DNA of 64,000 nt. Source: Callorhinchus milii. Taxonomy: Eukaryota. The notes beneath the pieces are model-generated. The model worked only from the letters and a program-made list of their open reading frames with translations, did no database searches and was not told the DNA's origin. The stretch's first letter is position 1. Every line of letters starts with the position of its first letter. The DNA lies in assembly GCF_018977255.1 (NCBI RefSeq), contig NW_024704742.1, positions 34,846,001 through 34,910,000 on the forward strand, given 5' to 3'. Both the position numbers and the translations under genes were made by a program. Positions 23,261 through 34,477 of the stretch are shown here, piece by piece.

Positions 23261-24751
23261 ACCTGAGAAGTATGTGCAATGTGGTCCATCAGATTTTGGG
23301 AATTCGCGTGAAGACGCATGAAAGGTGTTTGACTCCACAACATTGGTTATGCGGGTGAAGTGCCAATGGGGTTTGACGCATCAGAAAACAGATAGTGAAT
23401 CAGCAAAGGATCAGTCTATGACAGTATTTAGAAATAAATCCAGGTGCATTGTAGTCACTGCACAATGGCGGGGGTAGCATGATGAGCAAGGAAGAAGAGG
23501 CTGTTTTTCAGGTGGGAATTAAAGATCGAAAAAGTGAGGCAGAGGAGGAAGGGTTTAGGTAGGGAGTACTAGAGATTCGGGCTATAGTATCTGAAGGTAC
23601 TGCATCATCTTTCATAATGCATGTAATTTCTTTCCAAGTTTTCTCTCCACTTCTGAAGACAGTGAATAATGCTGGGTACAGTCAGCTCAGGGTAATAACC
23701 AACTTACTTATGTGCTAAGATGTAACGCTAATTTTAATAATTAGAAGAGTTGATGCTTGAGTGGTTTGAGATGACCTGGCCTCAGTTGAAGGAGGAATTT
23801 TAATCCCTGAGCTCTTTAGACACCGGACTATATGTAACATCAAATATTTGACAGTGTTGAAAGTAAAAGTGCTGTATAGCAAAGAAATGCAACATCACCT
23901 GCAATAACTGGAAGCCCAACCAACCTTGTGCAGGCCCCAGATACTGCAGTTAATAAGGTCTTCAAGAAGCCATGGGAAACCTGCACATCTGACAGTCTAT
24001 CTGCCTTCACTATGGACTGATGGCCCAACCGAGATCAGCAAACAGCATAGACAGGGACCGAAACTGTCCTCAGTTCACAGGAGACCACAGTGTATAAGGC
24101 TCTGTTATTCAGCACATTCATTGATCCATCAGAGGAAGCTCTGTTTTCTTTCATTTGATATAAAATAATGCTCTATCAGGGCAAACCAGGCCATGGGGAC
24201 CAGATGGTGGAGTATTTTAGCATTTTGGCCTTTCACCTCTGGGATTTAAGACTCAAATCTACCCCACATTGATGTGGTGAACGCATTATTTTCTGTTACC
24301 TGAAGGGCTGTTAGTAAAAGGGTGGTGAGACATTTGATCTGTAACAGTACGATGTTTGACCTGGAAGTGCTGGATCCTGATTAATTGCGCAACGTGAGAA
24401 TGTGTCCATTTCCCAATACTGTAATAACATCCCTTACCGTGCGGAAAATTGAGGCAAAATAAGATGATAAGAGCATCTTGGTTGTAATCTGTGCCGTTCA
24501 CCAACATACTCCCTTAAAAAACAAGAAATAACTAGGAATATTAAGGTGGGGGGAAAACTTTGCTGAACCTTTCAGTTTGTTTTCTAGCCCTGATTATTAT
24601 TTCAACATGATAAGGGAGAAGCCATTCTAATTTAAAAAGATAAACATATTATTGAAGGGAATTTAGATTTGAGCTCTTTGAAAATATCTAATCTGTTTTT
24701 CTTTTTTGAAAAAAAACAGAGAATTGATTGTTTTGTTTTCTCTCTTCGCAG

Positions 24752-24783
24752 GTGTGTGTGTCTACCAGGGATCATTCTTTGCG
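24752..24783 (+). CDS. FRAS1: FRAS1 coding exon 2 (32 nt, phase 1 to 0): (G)VCVYQGSFFA, start of the first VWC domain
   Basis: Acceptor TTTTGTTTTCTCTCTTCGCAG| and donor GCG|GTATGT. It is in frame with exon 1 and aligns to human ACVYQDSLLA. Confidence 0.92.
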
Positions 24784-26849
24784 GTATGTTGAAAATTTAC
24801 AAGCTGTTTTAAATAATTGTATTTTATTATATGTCTGTGATGGTAACTGTGATGAAATGTGGTTCCAATACTGGTTTTAGACTGGAGTCTAATATGATTA
24901 GATTCACAACAAGAGTTGCTAATAGCATTAACAACTTCTGACCTGAATTTCTTCCTATAGGACCCCAATGTAATAACGAGATTTAAAAAAATGCTTGCAT
25001 TATGACATAAGATTGAACAGTTTAAATTGTGGAAAAAATTCACAAGGATAAAAGTAAGAAAAAATTGAATATTTTATTCATAAAAGTAACATAATAAAGA
25101 AACTCTTACAGCATGCAACGTAAAAATTAGGCTTGTATTATGAATTTACTTATACACATTTTGGAATGAATAATTCTCTTACTAGTTCACTTCAATAAGA
25201 ATATAAATGGTTTTCTGTATGTAACTGTTGTGAGGTGTGAAATGAACTGCTAATGTTTGCCAAAATACCTATAATTTGGTTTGAAATGATGCCTTACTGT
25301 GTAGAGGAGAGCATGGTTTTAATTTAATTCAAGCCCTCCTCCACCAAGCCACTGTTATCTTACTAATTAGAGACCCTTTCACTTTAATTTATGCATGCAA
25401 TCTTTACATAACACTCTGAGGAATATTACCTTGAAGTACACAATATTGTTTTCAGTGTTGAACTGGAATGGAAGTCCTAAGGAGTGATATTGTCAAACTC
25501 CATGCAATTTGCTTATACGAAGCAAGTTCAGGGGATCACATTCACCACATCACATATATACAAGGCTGGAATTTAAATTCTTTGTTGGTTTCCCCCAATT
25601 TTGCTCTTGACTATCAATGTCACTAGCAACTGTCTTTTATATGGTGAGGTCTCGCACAAGGAGAGCAATATAATATTGTACAGAGGCACAGCACAAACAT
25701 CAATAAATTGCATTTATGTAGCACTGTTCATGGCAGGTAGGCGCTCCAAGGCACTACCTATGAGGAATTTTGTTACTGACCACATTGGGGTGGGAAGTTG
25801 TTTATGCTAGTGCACTGATGGCAGATCTGTGAATGCCAAAACCACAAGTTTTTACCAATTGTAAAAGTTTATTAAGAATCTTAAACAAGCAGTGCTCCAT
25901 GTTAGTTATGTCAATACAGTATTAGGCAGAGCTTTTGTCAGTGACAGAAATTGAATTCCACAACATTTCAGTTGACCCCACAAGTTTGTCTTTTTCTGAT
26001 ATTTCCTGAATTCTTTACCTTCCCAAAAATAGGGCGTGGGCTGTTATCATTTCCATCCCTGGGTAGGAACACTGATTAACAAAGCTCACAATGAGTTAGT
26101 GGATGCCCTTCTTATTGAATTAAATAAACAATTTTTGCACAATTTTTAAAACATTTTTAATACTTGTTTGTAAGATTAAATTTCCTTTTCTTTATTTTTT
26201 TCATCAATGAAAATCATAGATTTTAAATAATCTTTGACCAAACTATAGGTTTGAGATCATCTTTGAACCACATTAACATTAACAATTCGCCTCAAGTTCA
26301 CTGACTGTGGTCAATTTGCTAATGTGGTCAGTTTTTTTTGCAGTACTATATAGTACAATAATACAAGCTTGCTAATGATCAAAATTCCACAGTCTGTTTG
26401 GTGACCATATTAGTGAGCTTCCACTGAAGTTGTGTTGCTGATGGCAGTGAAAGTGTGTGTAGCGAATATTATCAATATAGTAAAACATCTGACTTGCATT
26501 TACATGTTAAATTCAGTTTCAGATGATAGAATGTATCTTTCATTATTCTTATACAATAGATGAATACAACGCTTTAAAAAGCACTGACACAATATATCAC
26601 CAGAAGAGACACACCAGCATGGCTTTATGTTGCTGCTTAATGTTTGTCAACGTACTGTTTGAGTTTCCAAGTCTCAGCAACCCTTTAGGTAGTATCGAAG
26701 TCCTTATCTTGCTCTGTCTCTCATCTTTATAATATTTTACATGTAACTTAGTTATAATATCATCTAATTAAGAGGTTAAACAAAATCTAGATGCTAAGGT
26801 TTGGGAAAGATTGAATATTTAATTTTGCACCAGGCCCTAGAACCTACAT

Positions 26850-28462
26850 CACTGAATAACACTGGTGTAGACGGTTTTGAGGATAGAGAGAACTCTGTGC
26901 AAGGTCCGATAAAGTGCTATACAGCAGAGCTTGCAATCTTTCAGTACATAGGTTAGGAATCAGAAAATGAAATGGTTGTTGGTTGGTTGTTCACACTAGA
27001 AACCCATCACCATGCTTAAGAGTATTCAAACCAGATTGCTCAACTCTTCCAAGATTGCACAGGAAGCAGATATCATCAGCATTCATCAGGGGCTATCCTC
27101 TTTGTCATTAATTCATGAACCCCTTTTACATTACCTTCTCCTTGTTTAAAATTCTTTCACCCGCTTTAAGACTCCTCGTAACACCATTGAATAGAGGATG
27201 GGCAGGTGAACTGCTCCCAGTTCTGCCCACAGAGCTCTGTACGTGGCAGGTGCACAGCAACAGCCTACGGTGACTTCTCTTCAGTATTCCCCTAGTAATG
27301 CAGAAGAGCCTAAATATATATTTGAATCCCATTAAAAGTGTCTTATGATGTTAGTGCAGTTTTTTTTATGTTAAACATCAAAGCTGTGTTAAAATACTAA
27401 CATGATCCAGAGTTGATTATATAATGAGGCTTTGCCATCACATACAGCTTTGACATTAAATCAACAGGAGAATACATATTAAATACAGAATTTAAATCCC
27501 AGCAGCTGATGTTCATTCGGTGTTTGACTAGACACTTTACCAACCTGCCCGCTCCACCAAAGGCCTTCAGCCTTTCTACCCCACCCTCTGGAATTCCATC
27601 TGGAAAGCCCTTCTGCTTCGCCCCTCCCTTGCCTCCTTCAAGGCCTATCTCAAGCCTTTCCTCTTTGACCGTGCCTTTGGTCATCCTCCAGCCTTCTTTA
27701 CTCCAACCCCAGTTTGGATGCAAACTCTTCACTGTCCTGTGCCTTGGGTCGCCCTCTCAACATGAAAGGCGCTATATAAATGCAATTTGTTGATGTAATT
27801 TTATAATTGAATGTCATATCATTGAAAGCGCTATTGAGGTGTCTTTGAAGGCTGGAGAATTGATAGCAGGTTCCACTGATTCCCCGTTTGAAACATGGAG
27901 CCCTTTACCAGCTTTCAGTTATTCAAAGACTCCGTGTTTCAAAGAGCAGGATCTTTCATCACCCCTGGGCTGATCCTCTGCACAGAGATATTTGCAGGTT
28001 TTCCAGAGTACTTTCTGTAGGTATTAGTTTTCAGGCACTAATTACCTGTGACTGAAGTTCAAGGATGAAACATGGACATTTTGGTTGATTTCCAAGTAAT
28101 AAGTGAGCACATAGTCTGCGGAATGATCGTGCTAAATGTGAGCTTCCAAAAGACCATCTGTTTTGTTTGGTCCTGATAATGGTGTTTTCCTCTCCAAATA
28201 GTTTTAGTGAGGATCAGCACTGCTGTACTATACAGCATAGTCTTTGAAGATCGTGTTAACTTTTATCTGCTCAAGTATTTGAATCCATAGTTTATCCAAT
28301 GAGCATCTTTGCTTTGGGAAAGAAAATAATACATCAAAACTTTCTTTAAATTCTTACAAAGAGCAAATGACTATTTTTGAAAGCTCCAATGTATTATCTT
28401 ACATCAAAATTTATATTTTCTATTTTACATAAAAGGATCAGATCTACTTTATCCAATGCTTT
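26850..28462 (-). repeat. Arm A' (FRAS1 intron 2), inverted copy of 4260-5900
   Basis: See arm A. It carries its own L2 fragment at ~27535-27793, absent from A. Confidence 0.95.
27535..27793 (+). mobile_element. L2 3' fragment inserted only in arm A'
   Basis: GGCCTTCAGCC..CTCTGGAATTCCATC..CATGAAAGGCGCTATATAAATGCAATTTGTTG. Confidence 0.8.
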
Positions 28463-30808
28463 TTAATGTACCATTATTATGCACAAGTTTTATATTTTGT
28501 TTGTGATAAGGGTTATCATAGAAGGAAAAAATTTATGTTTTTTATCACAAATTGAATTCCTCCACCAAAATAAATTGTAGATCATTAAGTACAGGCATAT
28601 GGAAAATAGCAGAACTTTTGATCCTTTAGTTGATTGTACTGAAGCCTGGCGGCTGGAACCAATTATTCTGATCAATGTGTATTGGGGAAAGAGACCTTGA
28701 TTGATTCTCAAAACAAATGTTGTACATCTTTGTAGGTAAAAGAGTGAGAATTAAATAGATTCTGTTAGATTTGATGCAGCACATTAAGAACATCTCACAA
28801 TAGTTCACAACGTTTCTGTGAAGTGTAGTGATGGTACATTTATTGACGAACTCCTTGGTTACTTTACACATTGGAACTGAGAATGGTTCTGTGATAGCCG
28901 GACTTCACATATGCAGTATAATCTTTGGAGACTCAGTAGGCTAAGGCAGCCTGGGTGGTAATCTATATTCTGTTTTCCTTGAAGCTGTCTCCAATATTAT
29001 AATGGATGAAAATGTACAAATCTGCATCTGTGAATTTAGAGCTGATTTAGGACTAGAATTGAAAGTGGAACCAAACTTAGATTCTGAAACTAGAATTTGG
29101 TGAACGAATTCAGCAGTCATTCGGGCCCACATTGTTGCCGCACTTGCCTACAAAGAACACAGCTACTGCTCTTCACGGCAAATCCTGTGAAGCTCCTTGA
29201 AATGTTTCAAGGACGTGATAATCATTCTGAGTCTCTCCGCTTCACCCTTCCCTCCCCACCTTCAAAAAACACTTTAAAACCTAACTTTTTGACACCACCC
29301 CCCTCCCCGATCGGTCTGCCTTTCAGCTGTATGAAGCACTTTGAGACGTCCTCTGTGTGAAAGTTGCTATATAAATGTAAATTACTTTTGATAAGTTGAA
29401 TTTATGCTACCGAAAGAAGCTGCTTTGTTTCTAGAGTACAAGTGTGGTTGTGCAGAAAGCCTGAGAGGTAACAATCAGTTCAAAAGAGCTGATGACTATC
29501 ATTGTTTTTTGAATTCTCAACAAAGCTTTCCGACAAACAATAAAACAAACATGGCATTCATTCTTGAGTGGCTAAGTTGTTTTTCACATGGCGAGGCATG
29601 ATTAGTAGCTAATCTGGTACATAGTTGTTCCTTGTCAAGCGGGTAATCAAGAGAGAGATGAAGGCAAGGAAAGCTCATCTGCTCTTGAGCAGGTGGAACT
29701 AAAACATGTCTTAACACAAACAGGACGCAGACAGTTATTGTACATCAAAGACAACAAAATGGCAGTGACAGATGTTAACACCTGGGGAGTGACCCTAGTG
29801 CTTTGGGTGGCAAAGTGGGAGGGGTGGCTGGTGATGGGAGTACAAGCTCTAACCTGTCTTCAACCAAATGTCAAAGGGGATACAGAGAAAAATACAATTA
29901 CACTGTGACCAGACGTTAAATTACGATAATTGATAGTCACAAATTTCCTCTGACTAGAACAATTGTCTAAAAGAGAAGTCTCTTCTGTGGTTCAAGGTTC
30001 CAGTATTGTATCATGATGAGAAAAGTTAAAGTGCAGTGGATGTATTCACAATTCTAAAGCCATGTCAGAAGACATTGACAAAGGGGATCAAAGAAGGAGC
30101 CAGAGTATAGCTGCATTATGAATGGAATGCATCAGTGATGGAAAGCCTTGATAGTGGAGTAAAAGGCAGACTAAAAGTGAATGAGCCCATTTGTCATCTC
30201 ACTCTGATTTGCTCATGGTAAATTGTGAATAAATTAATGGAAGCTTTTGTTTGAAACTTGCTATCACTGGCTGCTAGACTTTTCCTCAAGGGTGTCCTAG
30301 TGACCAAGAGAAAGTCAGCCACAGTTATGGGCAGATTGAAACAAGATACCACCTTACATTACCATAATTACACAACTCAAAACAAAAATCTAGTAATATC
30401 ACCAGAATTAATTCAACTATGAAACCAAGATAACTAGTGATATAACAGACGGATAATATAAAGAGTAAATGTTTCTTGAAGCTATCAGCTGGATTAGTTC
30501 ATGTTAGTATGAGCAAACACCCTATAGAGGTCTTGTATATACTTTGCCAGGATTCAACTCACATATCCCAGATGACAAATGATTTAGGAACATAGGAAGA
30601 CAGAACTGTTGCTCATGTTTCAGTCAACTTGTGCCTCCAATGCAATCCAAACCAGGTTAAAGATGACTGATGATTGATATCTTTGGTGATGATTTAATGG
30701 CATAATTCAGTGTTTAAAAGAATATTAGATGTGCCTTTCAAAGGACCACAAAATATTTGCTCTATCCTCACTTCATCAGTCAGTAAGAATTCATCACTCA
30801 CACTTAAC

Positions 30809-31062
30809 ATAATAATAATAATAATCCTTGCATTTGATATAGCACTTTTCATGTCTTCTAGATGTCTCAAAGCGCTTCACAGAATAGACTGTAAAGTGAA
30901 TTGACTGTATATTTGTGGGTGAAACGTAGCAGCCAATTGCACACAGCAGTGTCCCACAAACTGTTGTGGATTGAAAAGACCAATTTGTTTTTGAGGGATT
31001 ATTATCAGGCGTGTGGAGTAAGGAAACTTGCCCAAGGTTTCACCCTGCCGGGAATCGAACCA
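30809..31062 (-). mobile_element. tRNA-headed Deu-type SINE (short type), head truncated
   Basis: Reverse complement of the 55412-55727 element. Confidence 0.88.
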
Positions 31063-31636
31063 TCAACTGATTGAAAACCATATGGAGTATATGTTTAAAC
31101 AATGTACTCAACTGGCGTACCCAGCAATGTCTGAGTTCTTCAACTTTTTTTGTAATAGTAAATGATTCATTGGACCTTAATATTTTATACTTCTGTTGTA
31201 TTCAGAAGGGTAAGAGTTGTGTCACTCATTGTGGTGACCGCTTCACTTGTCACAAATTGCAAATAAAGGCGATTCATTTTCCAACAATAACAACCGTCTT
31301 GGGTAGCAATGGCATGATGTCATCAATTTGATGCGTTGCTGACAGAAACACCCACTGCACGATTGTGTTTCAGCCACCACTTCATTTCCAGTTTCCGTCA
31401 CGGGTGGGAAAAGACTTTCAAAATATGCATTCGTCAGTTCATGAATTACAAATGCAATCGTTAAATACGGTTCTTTAGCTCAAAATAAAGATTTGTCTTT
31501 GTGATTACAGACTTTGTAAAGTCATGGTGACACAGGAATTTATTGTATGTATTTTAGCACAACTGAAAGGAAACCTTTACTACTCTTCAACATAATATTT
31601 TGAAATTGGAAAAAATCATCACTGTTATATATTTCA

Positions 31637-32170
31637 GTCTGGCTTAGTAGGTAACCCTTTTGCCTTTCAGCCAAAAATGTTGTAGGTTCAAGCTCCACAT
31701 TGGAACTTTGAGCTCATATATTTTGCCCATATAATGTAGTCAATTAACTTTACATTGTATTTTGTGAAGCGCTTTGAGATGTCTTGAAGACATCATAAGG
31801 GCTATATCAAATGCAAGGAATATTATTATAATTTAGACTGATAATTCAGTACCATGCTGGGACAGAGCTGCATTGTTGGAGGTACTGCCCTTCAAATGAA
31901 ACAAGATCCCATTCACCTGGTGAGGTGGACATTGAAGATCCCATGGCACAATTTGAAAAAAGAAGGGAGTTTCTCCTAGTATTTTAGCCAATAAATCCGC
32001 AAATTCAGGTGGTCATTCAATTTATAGCTGTTTTGGGGACATTTCAGTGTGCAAATTGGCTGCTGTGTTCACCTGCAAGTGCACTACACTCCTCAGTGAG
32101 TCTTGTGAAGCACTATGAGATATTTTGATGACATGATAAGGTCCTGTATCAAATGCAAGGATTATCATTA
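31637..32170 (+). mobile_element. Deu-type SINE (long type) with a nested SINE 3' fragment (~31725-31830)
   Basis: Head at 31637, and two ATCAAATGCAAGGA(A/T)TATT tails at ~31810 and ~32150. Confidence 0.7.
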
Positions 32171-32226
32171 TAAGTACCGGAGAGATGTGCTTTGTCTGTT
32201 GAATTGGATTTTATCATCTCAGACTT

Positions 32227-33462
32227 CAACAACAACAACAACAACAAGATTCCATTTATAGAGCGCCTTTCACGTCGGGAGGACGTCCCAAGGCGCTGTA
32301 CAGTTGGGTCAGGACCCGAGCAGGGGGGAAATGGTCAGGGTGAGGAGAGGGAAGGGAGGGAGCGAGGAGGGGGTAGAGAGTCGAGAGGGGAGCTGAAGGC
32401 ACGGTCAAAGAGAAAGGTCTTGAGACCGGCCTTGAAGGAGGAAAGGGAGGAGGCGGCGAAGGCACTGGGGATAGAGTTCCAGAGCCTAGGGGCTGAGAGG
32501 CTGAAGGCCCGGCCACCGATGGTAGGGCGGTTGGGGTGGGGGATGTGGAGCAGACCGGAGCCAGAGGAACGGAGGGTACGGGCAGGTAGGTAGGGGGATA
32601 GTAGGTCAGAGAGGTAGGAGGGAGCAAGGCCATGAATGGCCTTGTAGGTGAGGGCGAGGATCTTGAATTCGATCCTCTGGGGGATGGGGAGCCAGTGGAG
32701 GCGAGCGAGGGTGGGAGTGATGTGGTCCCGAAGCCTGGTGCGGGACAGTACACGAGCTGCAGAGTTCTGAATGACCTGCAGCTTGTGGAGGGAGGTGGCG
32801 GGAAGGCCGACGAGGAGAGAGTACCCATAGTCCAGCCTTGAGGTGAAAAATGCATGGACCAGAGTTTCAGCCGCGTGAGGGGTGAGGTAGTACTGTAGTC
32901 TGGCGATATTCCGGAGGTGAAGGCCCGGATATGAGGGAGAAAGGACAGCTCAGGGTCGAACAGAACACCAAGGTTCCTGACCGGCTTTGAGAGGTGGAGA
33001 GTGCAGCCTTGGATGCTGAAGCTGTCAGCGCCAGAGTTGCGGAGGCGCTGACGTGAGCCAATCAGGAGAGCCTCAGTTTTATGCACGTTGAGCTGAAGAA
33101 AGTTGTCTCTCGTCCAGGACTCGATGTCGGACAGGCAGGCTGTCAGGACATCGGTGGTCGTGGAGTTGAGGGTAGAGGAGGAAAGGTAGAGTTGGGTCTC
33201 ATCCGCATACATGTGGAAGTTAATCCCATGTCTGCGGATGATGTCACCAAGGGGGAGCATGTAGAGGGTGAAGAGGAGGGGACCGAGGACAGAGCCCTGA
33301 GGGACACCGCACGAGACAGTGCGGGGGGTGGAGGAAAGGCCATTCGTGGAAACAAAGTGAAGACAGTGGGAGAGGTACGACCTAAACCACTCAAGGACAG
33401 GGCCTTGAAGGTTTAGGTGGGAGGACAAGCGGTGGAGGAATATAGCATGGTCGACCGTATCG
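32227..33462 (-). mobile_element. Young 5'-truncated L2 LINE (~1.24 kb): RT C-terminal half plus 3' tail
   Basis: DTVDH..GVPQGSVLGPLLFTLYMLPLG..FHMYADETQLY..NFLQLN..KTE..VRNLGVLFD. It is CpG-rich, has a frameshift/deletion near 32920, and has a (CAA)n tail at 32227-32247. Confidence 0.95.
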
Positions 33463-34227
33463 GTTTCATAACTAAAGTTAATTAACAATGAAGAGACATT
33501 ATTGGTAGCAGCCTGGATTATCTTAGTTTCTTCAGTGAAGAATAATGTATAGACATAGTGCTCCTGTCCTTTGATACAGAAGATAACAATGAGAGAAGAA
33601 CTGGAAGATAATCCAGCTAAAGGATTTATGTACAGACATGGGCCCATATTCTCTCATCTGAGGGATAATACATTGTGACAAGTCATCATGTATTTACAAC
33701 TGAAAGATAATCTACAGTTGAAGGAACTCCGTTCCAATAGCTGAAGTAAAATGCCTTGAGATGAGCGTCTTTTGCCCTCCTACTTGAAAGCTGTGTGTCC
33801 CTATATAAACAGCTTCTGTCCTGCACTCTGAAGGTTAACAGTTAACAATGTACCTCATGTTTTTAACATGCAGGTTAAAGGTGAAAGCAATTGAAACACG
33901 GTGTCCAGTGCTGCTTGGGCCCTGTCTCACTAACTGAAGCTTAATTCAGAGAAGCTAGTGAACTCTGTCCCCTGTATGACTTTATCCTACCAGTCAGTGG
34001 GTAATGGACACAATCTCCTCATGTTGAAAACTCTGAATGTAAAAATAAAGGAGTAAAAAGTTACAATTCAATATCGTTCTGGAAAGTTGTCAAATCAGAC
34101 AGGGCAAGCTGTCGTCTTTATCTGCATGCCTTTTCATGGAGTGTCTCATCAGTTTCTAGGAGTGCTTTATCAGTGGTGATTTGCGATGTGCATGTAATAG
34201 TTGGAAAGTCCAAAATACCAGTTTCTA

Positions 34228-34477
34228 TCCTGTTGATCTCGATCGACCAGTCGATCGCCGAGCCTTTGAAAGCTGATCTTGCAAGTTTCCCCACATTACT
34301 GGCTGTACATGCGCACAGACTCACTTCCCTGCTCAGCGCATCATGGGAGTCTAGGCCAATTGCAAGCTATTACGGGAGGGTGCGCATATGTACACACACA
34401 CGAGACACTTATTACGTAGATCTTCGGATTTATGGAAATGTATAAGTATATCCTTCTCAAAAGGTTGAAGACCACTG
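34228..34477. mobile_element. Probable non-autonomous hAT-type DNA transposon fragment
   Basis: The right end GGTTGAAGACCACTG (34463-34477) reverse-complements to CAGTGGTCTTCAACC, a hAT/Charlie-like terminal inverted repeat (TIR). There is an internal GATCGACCAGTCGATC palindrome; the left TIR is not clearly present. Confidence 0.5.

Noticed and set aside
32256..33647. 463-aa ORF as an intact or domesticated RT gene
   Set aside because: The N-terminal ~60 aa is read-through from flanking DNA, YADD is mutated to YADE, and the C-terminal part is out of frame. It is a truncated L2.
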